Source: Octopus vulgaris
Lineage: Eukaryota
Direction: 5' to 3'
DNA: 64,000 bases
Assembly (NCBI GenBank): GCA_951406725.2
Contig: OX597818.1
Coordinates: 88,288,001 to 88,352,000, forward strand
The notes below the pieces were generated by a model. That model was not told the DNA's origin. It worked only from the letters and a program-made list of their open reading frames with translations, and did not search any database. A program made the position numbers and the translations under genes. Shown piece after piece: positions 26,584 to 40,425 of the stretch. How positions within the stretch are numbered: the first letter of the stretch is position 1; every line of letters begins with the position of its first letter.

Positions 26584-26834
26584 ATATATATATATATATA
26601 TATGAATATACATTTATCAACGAGTGTGTTTGTCTGTGAATATCTGTTTAAGTATGTATGTATGTACGTACGTATATATGTATGTATATGTACGTATATA
26701 TATGTATATTTTTTCAAAAATTTTTATTTAGTTTTAGCTCACAAGCTGTGGCCATGCTGGGGCACCGCCATTATATATATATATATATATATATAACAAA
26801 TTTGAGTTGTGGGGTATCATATATATACACACCC

Positions 26835-27148
26835 GTTAGGGTTAGAGCGTCCAGCTTACGGTAGTGACGTTGTGAGTTCGAATCCCGGACCGGGATGCGT
26901 GTTGTGTTCTTGAGCAAAAGACTTTATTTCACGTTGCTCTTGTTCACTCAGCTGTAGAAACGAGTTGCGACGTCAATGGTGCCAAGCTGTATCGGCCTTT
27001 GGATAACACTGGTGGCGTGGAGAGAGGAGGCCGGTATGCATGGGCGACAGGTGGTCTTCCATAAACAACCTTGCCCGGACTTGTGCCTAAGAAGGTAACT
27101 TTCTACGTACAATCCCATGGTCAGTCATGACCAAAGGAGGTCTCAGCA
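26835..27148 (+). mobile_element. SINE family C-related
   Basis: B-box GAGTTCGAATCCC followed by the gttgtgttcttgagcaaaagactttatttcacgttgctc core. Confidence 0.7.
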
Positions 27149-27448
27149 TATATATATATATATAAGTAAATAAATGGGAAGATTGCATTTTACATCGTTT
27201 ATTCCTTTGGAATAAAACCAATGTTGTCTTCGAAATATATGTTGAAAGTAAAAGAATTTTAATAACATCTTCGTTAAACTTCATTTATTTACTTATACTA
27301 CACAAATTACTGCACAGTAACCCGGAGTTTCTACCTTTGAATAGGTCGCTTCATCCGTGTTACTTGCGTGAATTTTGCAACCCTGGTAACTGTTTGTTGA
27401 ATTTTCCATGTTAACGGTAAACAAAGGATAATTCATTCATCCATTTAC

Positions 27449-27495
<47 letters not shown>

Positions 27496-27661
27496 TATGT
27501 ATACAGGGAGGATCAAAACTCACGAATTCGTTTCAATATTTGATAATTTCTTAATTTTTCGTTTTAAATTTAGACTCCAATGTCATATATACATACATAA
27601 ATACATGCATACATACATACATGTATACATACATAGATACATACATACATACATACATACA

Positions 27662-27697
<36 letters not shown>

Positions 27698-27706
27698 TGT
27701 ATATAT

Positions 27707-27778
<72 letters not shown>

Positions 27779-28253
27779 ATAAAATATATATTTATAAAAT
27801 ATTCAAAATGGTATGATTTAAATATATTAAGACTTTCATCTTATTCTCAAGGCTCTTCTTTTCTTTTCTTTTATGTATTTTTCTTCTCTCTGATGAAGCT
27901 CTATGTTCCAGATTAGATGTGTTGCCAAATATGACGAATAGCATTTTCGGAATTTTCAATGACAATACCGTAGAACACTGGAAACAGAAACAGCTGTTAG
28001 ATGGGATACCGTCTATTCATATTAAAAAGTAATAATTGATGTTAGTCAGTTGCTGCTGATCAATATTTCTCCATTATCTGTTTACTTTAAATTAGACTCC
28101 TGATAAACTCATGTCTATCTGTGTCAATGCCTGTAACCTATGAGCATAATATGCTTGCATATGTATGGCCAGGGTTAACACATGTAATCATACCGGTAGT
28201 AAAACGGATATTTTCATCTCTTAGACGGTTATTTCAACGTTTAAGCATAACTT

Positions 28254-28336
<83 letters not shown>

Positions 28337-28381
28337 GGAAGAGGATTTGAAAATGCAGAAGTCTTTTAAAGATAGTTATTG

Positions 28382-28425
28382 ACTTGACTGGTTTCACTTT
28401 AAAAAAAAAAAAGATTTTCAGAAGT
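28382..28425 (-). ncRNA. Degenerate minimal hammerhead motif
   Basis: Reverse complement actt-CTGAAAA-tcttt...aaagt-GAAA-ccag-TC-aagt; G8A change and imperfect CCGG palindrome. Confidence 0.55.
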
Positions 28426-28697
28426 AAAGTGCAAGGCTTTATTTAGCCTTTGTGTTGTTAAAAATTAGTTAACATCGATGTTAGAGTTACAGTGATAAAA
28501 TCTTTGACAGTGACAAGAAAATATTAAAAAGCAGAATATTTGACAGTGATAAGAAAATGTTAAGAAAGGCTTTGTGTTTAAATACTTTACATAAATGTGT
28601 TCAAAATAGGCAGTAAAATAATTTCATAATTGTTTATTAGTTTACCATAAATCTTAATTGTTTATAAGCATATATATAGAAAAAAATTGTAGACAGT

Positions 28698-29090
28698 AGG
28701 CGTAGGAGTGGCTGTGTGGTAAGTAGCTGGCTTACCAACTACATGGTTCTGGGTTCAGTCCCACTTGCACCATGGGCAAGTGTCTTCTACTATAGCCTCG
28801 GGTCGACCAAAGCCTTGTGAGTGGATTTGGTAAACGGAAACTGAAAGAAGCCCGTCGTATATATGTATATATATATGTGTGTGTGTGTGTATATGTTTGT
28901 ATGTCTGTTTTTGTCCTCCCAACATCGCTTGACAACCGATGCTGGTGTGTTTCGGCAAAAAGCGACCAATAAAATAAGTACTAGGCTTACAAAGAATAAG
29001 TCATGGGGTCGATTTGCTCGACTAAAGGCGGTGCTCCAGCATGGCCGCAGTCAAATGACTGAAACAAGTAAAAGAGTAAAAGAGTAAAGA
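28698..29090 (+). mobile_element. SINE family A
   Basis: Near-complete copy. Confidence 0.9.
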
Positions 29091-30358
29091 GAGAAAGCGT
29101 GTATTGCTTTGTCAAATGTTCATCAGAAATCATAATTGTTTATAAGGATTTTAGAGGAATGAGCAACCTTTTTTCTTCATCTCCAGTCTTGTATGTGTTT
29201 TGAAAAGATGACTGCTATCTTTAGAAATTCTGTGGGAGGTTGTTTGGGAGCAGTCACATGATCTGATTTTGAATAGTTTGTTGAATCAAAAGATTTTTGT
29301 TTCTGGGCTAGTCTGCGATGGTTTAGTGGTTTTTCGACTTGTCTTAGAGTTCAAGATGGTGCGTGTGTGTGTGTGCACGTTTCTATGTGTGTGTGTATAA
29401 ATATATCCTTGAATGTGTGGTGGTTTTTGACTGATCTTAGAGTTCAGTGTAGCATATGTGTATGTGTCTGTGTATGTGTGTGATTTTTATTTGTCTGGGT
29501 GGTGTGTGTATGTGTGTGTATATTTGTTTGTTAGTGTGTGTGTGTGTGTGTGTATGTGTACGTCTGTGTGTGTGTGTGTGTGCGTGTGAATGTACATACG
29601 TATGGGTGTGTGTGGATAAATATGTATGTGTGTGAGTGTGTATGTGTGTGTGTGAGTGTGCTGTATTTGTCAGAGGCAGTGTGTGCCCGTGTGTGTTACG
29701 TTTATCAGGGTGGTGAGTACGTGTGTGCGTGTTTGTATGCATTTGTGTGTGTGTACGTGTGCATGCGCGTGTGTGTATGTGTAAGTTATTTTTCTGTGTA
29801 GTGTGTACGTATGTTTGGGCGTATTTTTTTAGTGTGTTATTTGTATTGTTTCTGCAGTGTGTGTGTATATGTATAGGTGTGTTTGTGTGAGCGTGTCTTG
29901 TATTTATCAAGGTGGTGTGTGTTATTATGTGCGTATATGTGTTTGTGTGTGTGCATGTGTGTGTCTGAGTGTCTGTTGTGATTGTTGGAAGTGTATTGCG
30001 TGTGTATATGTGTGTATGTTTTCTTTGAGTGTGTGTGTGTTTACTAAGGAATGGGCATATTGTATATGGGCATATACATTTCTCGACTAAGGGTCGCGCA
30101 TCGGCTACGTCGGCGCCCGCAAAGGCGCTTGACATGCACCGCGCGCTTCGCACCAGATAATGAACCACCGCTCGGCGACGGCCCGATCCCTTCTCCATCG
30201 AGTGAGCGAGGAAACTACGGAAGTGTCGGTTTTTCATTGTCGCACACGCGCGCGACACCCCGACGCCAAACCGGCTGGCCGACAACACAGCACGCTGGAC
30301 AACCGAGGCGGCGAAGAATACATACATACATACATACATACATACATACATACATACA

Positions 30359-30394
<36 letters not shown>

Positions 30395-30582
30395 CTCTTT
30401 TACATGTTTCAGTCATTTGACTGGGGCCATGCTAGAGCACTGCCTTTAGTCGAGCAAATCGACCCCAGGACTTATTCTTTGGAAGCCTAGTACTTATTCT
30501 ATCGGTCTTTTATGCCGAACCGCTAAGTTACGGGGACGTAAACAGACTAGCATCGGTTAAACACACAGCCGCTCCTACGCCT
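30395..30582 (-). mobile_element. SINE family A with large internal deletion
   Basis: 3' half joined directly to the extreme 5' end (acacagccgctcctacgcc). Confidence 0.8.
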
Positions 30583-30878
30583 ATGTTTAACTAATTGCTT
30601 TTGTTGTTTTGAAGTAGCGATACGACATAGATGCCTACTTAACTCTCGCAGCCCTTGACCCAGAGGCACGTTTAGGAGGTGTCAGCTAACGGGAGAGATG
30701 GTTGCAGAAGTATCTGGTTGATATTAAGTTTTAGCTGAGTGGGCTGGAGCAATGTGAAATGAAGTGCTCCGCCCGAGGGAACAGCGTTTCAACGCAAAAC
30801 ACGTCCGCGGGTGAAAACATGGGAGAAAAGAATTTCGTTAAACTTGCCATTGCGAAAATCATACTAATAGTTATTATG

Positions 30879-30944
<66 letters not shown>

Positions 30945-31089
30945 AGACAGACAGAAAGACAGATAAAGAGTGGACGAGAGAGAAACAGAGACAGACAGAC
31001 AGACAAACGCAGAGGGACAGAAAAATACAGAGAGCGAGAGCGAAAGATTGGGAGCAAGAATTGAAAGAGAGGATACGAAAGAGAGCGGA

Positions 31090-31120
<31 letters not shown>

Positions 31121-31775
31121 CAGATAGACAGGCAGACAGACAGGCAAACAGACTGACCGACAGAGAAAGAGAGAGAAAAAGTGAGAGCTAGAAAGGCAGA
31201 TAGACAGTTAGACAGACAGATAGAAAGAGGGAGAGAGAAATAGAAGAGAGATAGAAAGAAAGGTAGAGAAGGAGAGAAAAGGAAATTCAACGTGGTAGAG
31301 GAGATTGTCTGGCATGACCATTTCCCAAGAAATGGTGTAGTTAGGTAAGAAGTGAGACAGCGATAAGGAGTTTCATGTCTCTGTATTTTGGCTTGAGATA
31401 TGTTTAAAGGTCGAAACATCTTGACGCAGAGAGATAAAATTGCATCAACATTCATCATCCCATTCAGATGTAGTAACGAGATCAGTAGGGAATGGTTAAA
31501 GGCGTGAAGAAACGTCGTGAGCTTTAAAGACAGCGAGAATGATGACATCGTCGGGAGTTGCAATGAGAAAGGTCTCCTAAATGAAGGAAGAAGTATGATT
31601 GATGTGCTGTAGCAATAAGATTTCGGAGATCAAAAGAAGGAGCATTTGTATTCTGGAGGACAGGAAGTTGACTGTATTTGTTATTGATATCCAGATCAGA
31701 GAGGTGAGTAGTAAGGCAAGGGGAATCTACAGATGGGCGTGTATCATCACATTTTGATAGTAGTGTAGCAAAGGT

Positions 31776-32238
31776 AGGGGAGAGGGCGAGGGGTAGTCCG
31801 TCCGAGCAATGCTGTCATGAAGAGAGGAAGGAATTTGGGGGGAGGAACAGGAGCCAAACTCAGAGACTCACGCATACTCTAGCTACGTCACTGCCTTTCA
31901 GACCGAAGTTTGAATATGATTATAGCACAAAGCTAGCAATGCTGTCATGGAGAGAGGAAGGAATTTGGGGGAGGAACAGGAACCAAACCCAAAGACTCAC
32001 GCACACTCTAGCTACGTCACTGCCTTTCAGACCGAAGTTTGAATATGATTATAGCACAAAGCTAATAAACCAGGGGAGAGGGCGAGGGGTAGTCCGCCCG
32101 AGCAATGCTGTCATGGAGAGAGGAAGGAATTTGGGGGAGGAACAGGAGCCAAACCCAAAGACTCACGCACACTCTAGCTACGTCACTGCCTTTCAGACCG
32201 AAGTTTGAATATGATTATAGCACAAAGCTAATAAACCA
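31776..32238. repeat. Young tandem triplication, ~136-167 bp units
   Basis: Units 31776-31935, 31936-32071 and 32072-32238 are near identical. Confidence 0.92.
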
Positions 32239-32545
32239 GATATTGTTGTGAAAAATCAAAACAGTAAAATCTGTTTATTGATTGACGTGTGCATACCTTA
32301 TGATCTATATATCTCGGCAAAGGAAGTTTGTAATCTCAGAAAATATAAAGATTTGCTGAATGAAATCGAAAAATGTGGCATCTCAAGACGGTTACAATAG
32401 CAGTGATTATAGGTGCAATTAAAATGATGAAAAAAGGAACTGAAAATTATTTGAGTATGATCCCTGCATTTCCATTCATGTAGGAAATGCAAAAGATTGT
32501 CTTAACTGGTAAGTTGCACACACTGAGAAGAGCATTGTCACTATT
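32225..32545 (+). pseudogene. Dong/R4-like RLE endonuclease fragment
   Basis: ANKPDIVV...CLLIDVCIPYD...KYKDLLNEIEK...VIIGA...MQKIVLTGKLHTLRRALSL; 3' UTR runs to (AAT)n at 32698. Confidence 0.85.
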
Positions 32546-32696
32546 TACTTTTTTCTTTTTGTCCTTCTTTCCTTTTTCTTTCATATTTTTTCTATCGCAT
32601 GACTTTGTAAAAGAAGAATTTGGTGCGTTTATTTTGAGTTTGTTTTCCTCAGGTGTTGGGAAGACACTCGATAAGAAATGAAAGAATATTAAAAAG

Positions 32697-32763
<67 letters not shown>

Positions 32764-32765
<2 letters not shown>

Positions 32766-33305
32766 CAGTACCAGACAGTGGCTCTCATGGCTCCTGATCT
32801 TAACCGATTGGAAGTGTACATTATTTAGTCTTGGTATAAAAGATGGGCTACAGCAAATATTCTGCTCAACATCGCAGATTTGTTTGTCACTTGTTTGACT
32901 TTAACCAGTTGAGCATGTCCCTTAGTGGTTGACGATATGTGCATCTCTGATCACGAGGAGAAGTAATGGGGGAGCATCATAGCCATGTGTTGAGAGAGAT
33001 TCTTTAGGGTTTGAATAATTCACCTCGGGAAACATGGGTGTTTCGATCAACATCCTTAAACAATCCTTATTCAGGGACCTTTTGAGTGGGATGCGCTACT
33101 CGACCAGAATAAAATTCTTACTGGTCTCCACCTACAAGGTCATGCGCTGTTTATCTTGATATGAGATCACCATGTCGCACACATATGGTTGTGATGCATG
33201 TGCCTGGTGTACCCTTATCAGACGGGTAGTCATGATGTGTGTACTGGGCTTCGTATATTTTACTCCAGTGTCACTTTGATAGCATGAACTGCTCTCTTAC
33301 TCAAT
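32764..33305 (+). mobile_element. Non-coding (AAT)n-tailed retroposon (LINE 3' UTR or SINE-like)
   Basis: Lies between (AAT)n tracts; a 5'-truncated second copy at 55693-56032 shares the same 3' end ctctc(t)actcaataat. Confidence 0.7.
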
Positions 33306-33349
33306 AATAATAATAATATTAATATAATAATATTAACAACAATAATAAT

Positions 33350-33825
<476 letters not shown>

Positions 33826-34326
33826 TTGTGGCAAATCATGCTGGAAATATTTGTCTTTTGATTGATGGTGCTGCTTCAACTGATAAAAATATATCTCTGA
33901 AAAGTTTTTTAGAAATTGAACAAATATAAGGAGTTGAAGATAATAATCAGAAGAATGTGGCATCTCAAAGCAACAACAGCAGTTATTGTTTTTGGGGACA
34001 CTTGGAATCGTATCAAAAAAAAGCAAACAAATATGTAGACTAAATTCTTGGCAGCACTAAAATAAATTATTTGCAAAAGATCGTTTTCATGGGTACCTTA
34101 CATAATTTACATAAATTCCTCTCCGTCTAGATGCAATGTTACTCATTCAATGATATAAATTTTATGAAGAGATTTTTCTTTTAACACACAGACATCAGTT
34201 TTTTTTTTCAATTGCATGGCATATCACCTGTTAGTATGTCTTTAGATACAAGTTCTTGTTGTCCCTTGAAGGCTCTAGATAAAGATTAGGTGCAGCTTGT
34301 AATATATTAAAGCAAGGCCAAAACAT
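33826..34326 (+). pseudogene. Dong/R4-like LINE 3' end, more diverged
   Basis: CLLID...NKYKELK..IRRMWHLKATT..LFLGTLG; 3' UTR similar to the 13083-13170 copy; (AAT)n flanks. Confidence 0.75.
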
Positions 34327-34342
34327 AATAATAATAATAATG

Positions 34343-34420
<78 letters not shown>

Positions 34421-34421
<1 letters not shown>

Positions 34422-34792
34422 GAGCACTCAGACAGCGCAAAACCTCCGCCAAGACAACACCAACGTCCTCAAAACGATTAGCCAGCGATAATTTTTTTAA
34501 ATGAGAATATCTGAGATGAACTGGATTGCTTTCACAATTGAGAATACTAAAAATGAACCCAACCGCGCTCAAAAATTAAGTAAAAAACAGGAAAAATAAT
34601 CCAGAATCCTTGTCCGGTACCGGATCGATTCCAAAATCTAATCAGTTCGTGCCAGTCGCGAAGACAAACAACCCTAAAAGTTTTCCTCCGAATCCATCCA
34701 GCGGTTCTTGAGATATCTTGTCCACGGACAAACAAACCAATAAACAAATATGACTGAAAACAATACCTCCGCCTTCGTTAAGGCGGTGGTAA
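34421..34792. mobile_element. Helentron/DINE-type non-autonomous element
   Basis: acctccgcc near both ends; terminal hairpin acctccgcctt-cgtt-aaggcggtggt; (caaa)n before the hairpin; inserted in AAT repeat. Confidence 0.65.
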
Positions 34793-34811
34793 TGATAATA
34801 ATAATAATGAT

Positions 34812-34970
34812 AGGAGTGGCTATGTGGTAGGTAGCTTCCTTACCAACGACATGGTTCCGGGTACAGTCCCACTGTGTGACACCTTAGGTAAGTGCCTTCT
34901 ACTATAGCCTCGGGCCGACCAGAGTCTCGTGAGCGGAGTTGGTAGACGGAAACTGAAGGAAGCCCGTCGT
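34812..34970 (+). mobile_element. SINE family A, 5' half
   Basis: Head up to the internal (TA)n. Confidence 0.85.
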
Positions 34971-34994
34971 ATATATATATATATATATATATAT

Positions 34995-35400
34995 GTGTCA
35001 CGCTTATTCGTTCATTCCACGGTTCGTTCTTTCGTTCCCCCTCTCTCACATTTCTTTGCCTTCTCTTCTTGCACACTTTCCCTCCACTTTTCACTTCACT
35101 GTGTCCCTGTCATTTTTCTCGCCCCTCCTTAATTCTTCTGTTCCTCTGCTTCTTCTCTCTCTTCTCTTCCCACGTGACCGGCGTTCGGCAAAGTCTGTTC
35201 TTTCTTTCATGGTGTGACCGTTGTCCGTGCAACATCGATATTCGTCCCTGTGTTTGTGAAATCTTCTATTCCTGCCGTAAGGCTTCATTTCCACACATGC
35301 CAGCTTAATTTAATTCGTCCTTAGTCGAAAGACACCTGTTGTTATGTCCTGTTTTTATTGTATTTGTGTAACATTGTCCGTTTTTTTCCCCGTTCTTTTC
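34995..35400 (+). mobile_element. Pyrimidine-rich repeat fragment related to 44735-45090
   Basis: 35310-35395 matches the reverse complement of 44995-45085. Confidence 0.55.
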
Positions 35401-35777
35401 AGAAGAAGAAGAAGAAGAAGAAGAGCTGGGATGGATTAGAGTATAAGCTGAGATATCTGTGAGTGACTCGGAGAAGAATAGGACGTATGGTTTGTGCGTC
35501 AGTAAATGGTGATATGGGGTTGAATTGAGGTTGAATCCGAATCTAACGATGCTAGAAACGTAGCGGTAAAATTAACCTATCTACATTTTGATATTTTGAA
35601 GCTGAGCAGAGGATGAATATCCATCGAGAGATCACGGTAATCCCTTGCCGAGAGCTTTGTTGGTCTCGTGGCAACGGAGTGAGCGCCGCTAAAGGTACTC
35701 ATGGGAGAGAGAGAGATTAACAGATTAATTTGGGCGGTGTAAAGTGTCCCGACCTAAAAAAAAAAGCAACAAACAAA

Positions 35778-36115
35778 TATGGTTCAGGGTTCAATCTCAT
35801 TGTATGGCACGTTGGGCAAGTGTGTTACTATAGTCTTGGGCCAACCAAAGACTTGTGAGTGGATTTGGTAGGCAAAAACTGAAAAAACCCCGCCTTATAT
35901 ATATGTGTGTGGGTGTGCGTGTATGTGTTTGAGTGTGTATCTATATGCGTCTGTATCACGACTTGACAAACAGTGTTGGTGTGTTTACCTCCCCGTAACC
36001 TGGCGGTCCGGCAAAACGGCACAGACAAAGTAAGTACTGGTCTTTTCCGACTAAAACCCTTTCAGGGCGTTACTCCGGCATGGCTGCAGTCACATGACTG
36101 CAACAAGTAAAAGAA
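35778..36115 (+). mobile_element. SINE family A, diverged
   Basis: Both halves recognisable. Confidence 0.8.
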
Positions 36116-36417
36116 AACACGCACACACACACACACGCACACAGAGGCACACACAACAACAACAACGCGCACAAGCAAAACAAATGAATGAATAAATAAA
36201 TAAATGAATAAATAAACAAATAAATAAAATAATCACGTGGTCAGTCCCGATCAAACTGGATTCGAGGCTTGTTTCAACTCGGTCTTAATTCCTGTTCTGT
36301 CATGCCACGGGGTCGTGGGTCTGAAATATCGACAGATTAAAATGAATGTCATTTATTTTCAATAAAAAGAAAATCATTTCTGCGTTGTTGATGGTTTCTT
36401 CCACTAACTCTCACACG

Positions 36418-36496
<79 letters not shown>

Positions 36497-36570
36497 CTAT
36501 GGGTGTGTGTGCGTCTGTGTGTCTGTATATATATATATATATATATATACATACACACATATACACATAC

Positions 36571-36619
<49 letters not shown>

Positions 36620-37431
36620 TACATTCATATATATATATATGAGTACGTGTGTGTATAAACATGTGTATATCTGTGTCAGTGAGTGTATGTTGTGCATGTA
36701 TGTTTGTAAATATATATACAACGTATATATATATATATGTATGTATGTATGTATGTATATGTGTGTGTTTGTGTGTGTGCTTGTGTGTGTGTGTGTAAAC
36801 ATAAATACATACACACACACATACGTGTGAGTCTGCAACTGAGAGGTGTTATATGTGTGCGTAAGAGAGAGGGGTGTGTATAAAAGACAGTGGTGTATAT
36901 TTGAAGTAGATAACATGAGATAGAAAGAGAGAGAGAGAGAGAGTGAAAGAAAGTGAGAGAGGGGAAGAGAGAGAGAGAGAGGGGGGAGGTGGATGTCAGA
37001 AGAACGATCAAGACGAAAAGTGTAAAAACGGACTATGTATGTATGTATGCGTGCGTGGGTGTGTTTATGTATGTATGTATGTATGTATGTATGTATGTGT
37101 GTGTATGTATGTATGTAAGTATGCGTGTCTGTCCATGCATGTATGAATCGCTAGATTTTCGAAAAGCGTTCGTTATTCTTGGAGCCTGACTTGAAGGTTA
37201 ATCTATCCAATAGGTCAACACTCGTAGAACGTAAGGTGAACTTTAACAACATCGTTTTCATTACCAACAACAACAACAACGACAATAACAATAGCAAGTC
37301 CGCTAGGAAACTGCTACACGATCGCTCGACCTGACTGAAACAACAGAGAAATATTGGAAATAACTCGCCTAAAAGTCTTTTTAAATACGACATTTTCGTT
37401 AATTTAGATTTTATAGTGCCCCATAAGTATA

Positions 37432-38531
37432 CCAGGTGGTATCAAAAGGTTCCCGGACTAGTTATGTTTAATTTAATAAATAAATTATTTACCTAAGTTT
37501 TAACACCATCTTCTTCGAAATAATTGCCTTGCGCAGCAATACACCCGTCTCAGTGTGTCTGCTACTTTTGGAATCTGGCATAGAAGTCGTTTGCCGTAAG
37601 CGAATCGCTCTGGATCCCGACTGCGGTATTAGCCGTTCAAGAATTTGGACCTGGAGATCTCCATTTCCAGCGGCTTCAAGGGCCACCTCCCATTGGTGTC
37701 GGGCGTCAACGATGAGCCCTCGACTGCAACAAGACGACTAAAGTTATTTTTTCCAAGGTCTGGGGTCTCCCGCCCAAAACCATCACCTAATCATCCTTAC
37801 TCGTCTTGTTGCTTAACAACAACAACAACAACGGCGACCTTTGAGCTGCATTTTCATCTTGGGGAGGAGATGTAAGTCCACAGATGCTAAATTTGGTGAA
37901 TAGGGTGGATATGGAAGCGATAGCATGTTGCTTTTTGGTGAGAAACTCACGAGGGAGGAGAGATTGGTGACAAGGTGCATTGTCGTCGTGATGAATCTAA
38001 TTCTTTGTGCTCCACAGATCTGGTCGCTTTCGCCAAATGTCCTCCCTAAAACGCTTCAAAACGTCGCAACAGAACTCTCAATTGACGGTCTGGCCTTGGA
38101 GAACGAATTCTTGACGCACAATACCTCATTTCCGGGCGTGACGCTCGCCGCAGATCTTTCAGATCGCTCATCGTCCCAGGGACGTTATTCCGCTTTTGAA
38201 GCGCCCGTGCCACTCGAAACATTTCGTACAACCCATTGACTCATCACCATAAGCTTTTCGAAGCATGTCCAATGTCTCTGTAGCAGACTCCTCAAGTTTA
38301 ACGCAAAATTTCTCGTTGGCTCTTTGTTTTTGTCCTTGACAAAATTGTAGACTGCAGCATACACGTGACCACAAAAATACAAATTTCACAACTTACAAAG
38401 TAAACATAGCAATGTCACTTGGCACACGGCCTCATGAAGGTCACTGCTAGCTCTTACTACGCACATAACCATGTGCTGCCATCTGTTGGTACGTTACTGA
38501 ACTAGTCCGGGAACTTTTTGATACCACCTCG
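37432..38531 (-). mobile_element. Internally deleted mariner transposon
   Basis: ~32-bp TIR c(c/g)aggtggtatcaaaa(g/a)gttcccggactagtt with TA flanks; minus-strand remnants QRANEKFCVKL...CFEWHGRFKSG, HHDDNAPCH, PYPPYSPNLASVD, GCIAAQGNYFEED. Confidence 0.92.
37632..37828 (+). mobile_element. Short (AAC)n-tailed insert nested in the mariner
   Basis: Interrupts the transposase C-terminus after LKGRR; ends ttaacaacaacaac. Confidence 0.55.
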
Positions 38532-39161
38532 TAATCTGAATATAAGTCGAGATGGTGGGGCCTGGAGTGCGTTTGGCAATAGATCTGCTCAAACAGGAAT
38601 GAGCCTGAAGCTGATTAACACCAATACCAGCATAAGTGATAGCTATCGAAGCAAGCCAATTTTTTTGTAAAATGATATGTGTAAACACAGCTTTTATAAA
38701 CCATTGTTCCATTTCTAAGAAAACACATGATATACGAATTGAAATTCTGAGAGAAGAAATACTCCATATTCTTCACCTTAAGTTGTTGTAGATAGAATTT
38801 ACTTCCCCTTCCAGGACACAGTACAAGTGACTTATAATAATAGAAAACTATTACAAAATAACAACAGCTAGTCGAGATAATTTTTTTGAAGCAAAGTAAA
38901 AATCATTAGCATAATGCAACAATATGAAACAAGGAAAACGATGGCATTTTTCATGTCATCCTTCTTGTGAAGACCTGGGAGTTGTTTATTCACACACTGC
39001 GCCACGTTGGCTATCTTCCTGATAAACGTGTCAAGGCTACTCGTGATTGTGGAATGATCAGCCACTTACACGTCAATTCAGGAGCAGGTAATTCAGTTGA
39101 TGATACAATTGAATCCGCGTCGTCAAACGACGGAGATCCGCCATAGGTATATCTAGAGGTG

Positions 39162-39485
39162 TGAAGGCGCATGGCTTAGTGGCTAGGGTATTTGGCTCCC
39201 GATCGAAAGGCTGTGAGTCCAATTCCCGGCGACGCGTTGTGTTCTTGAGCAAGATGCTTTACTTCATCTTGCTCCAATCCACTCAGCTGGCAAAAATGAG
39301 TTGTACCTGTAATTCAAAGGGTCAGCCTTGTCACATTCCATGTCACGCTGAGTCTCCCTAAGAACTACGTCAACAGTGCGCGTGTCTGTGGAGCACTCAG
39401 CCACTTGCACGTTAATTTCCCGAGCAGGCTTGATCCGTTGATCGGATCAACTGGAACTCGCGTCGTCGCAAGCGACGGAGTACCT
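39162..39485 (+). mobile_element. SINE family C
   Basis: Head ggcgcatggcttagtggctagggt; body shared with 61290-61570. Confidence 0.8.
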
Positions 39486-39646
39486 GTGTCACTGCCAATT
39501 ATATCTAAAGCTAAGATACCATCTACAAAATAAATAATAGTTAAAGCGAAGGAAGAATGTTTAGCGCCTAAAAATATAAAAAAAAAGCTGACACAGGAAG
39601 GATCATAAATGTATAATGAGTAAAAATAATACTAGTTAACAAACAA

Positions 39647-39647
<1 letters not shown>

Positions 39648-39700
<53 letters not shown>

Positions 39701-39772
39701 CATTATTATTATCATTATTATCATTATTATTATTATTATTATCATCATCATTATTATTACTATTATTATTAC

Positions 39773-39824
<52 letters not shown>

Positions 39825-39868
39825 GTTGTTGTTTATTATTATTATCATCATCATCATCATCATCATCA

Positions 39869-39911
<43 letters not shown>

Positions 39912-39961
39912 CATCATCATCATTATTATTATTACTATTATTATTACTATCATCATTATCA

Positions 39962-39993
<32 letters not shown>

Positions 39994-40012
39994 GCTATTA
40001 TTATTATTATTA

Positions 40013-40079
<67 letters not shown>

Positions 40080-40081
40080 GA

Positions 40082-40132
<51 letters not shown>

Positions 40133-40155
40133 CATCATCATCATCATCATCATCA

Positions 40156-40198
<43 letters not shown>

Positions 40199-40248
40199 CA
40201 TCATCATCATTATTATTATTACTATTATTATTACTATCATCATTATCA

Positions 40249-40280
<32 letters not shown>

Positions 40281-40299
40281 GCTATTATTATTATTATTA

Positions 40300-40351
<52 letters not shown>

Positions 40352-40353
40352 GA

Positions 40354-40422
<69 letters not shown>
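39648..40422. repeat. (ATT)n tract with internal higher-order duplication
   Basis: Direct reading. Confidence 0.97.

Positions 40423-40425
<3 letters not shown>

Larger units (their letters stand above)
28335..30320 (-). mobile_element. Probable decayed Penelope-like retroelement interrupted by a SINE
   Basis: CpG-rich block at one end (30085-30320), CA-rich middle, AT-rich end with hammerhead remnant, microsatellite flanks; that these parts form one element is inferred. Confidence 0.4.

Noticed and set aside
29437-30387. 316-aa ORF
   Set aside because: Mostly (CA)n- and (TATG)n-derived; the short complex part has no recognisable domain
31285-31775. Possible LINE AP-endonuclease remnant on the minus strand (ETFL-like motif)
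   Set aside because: Single short motif with multiple stops; too weak to call
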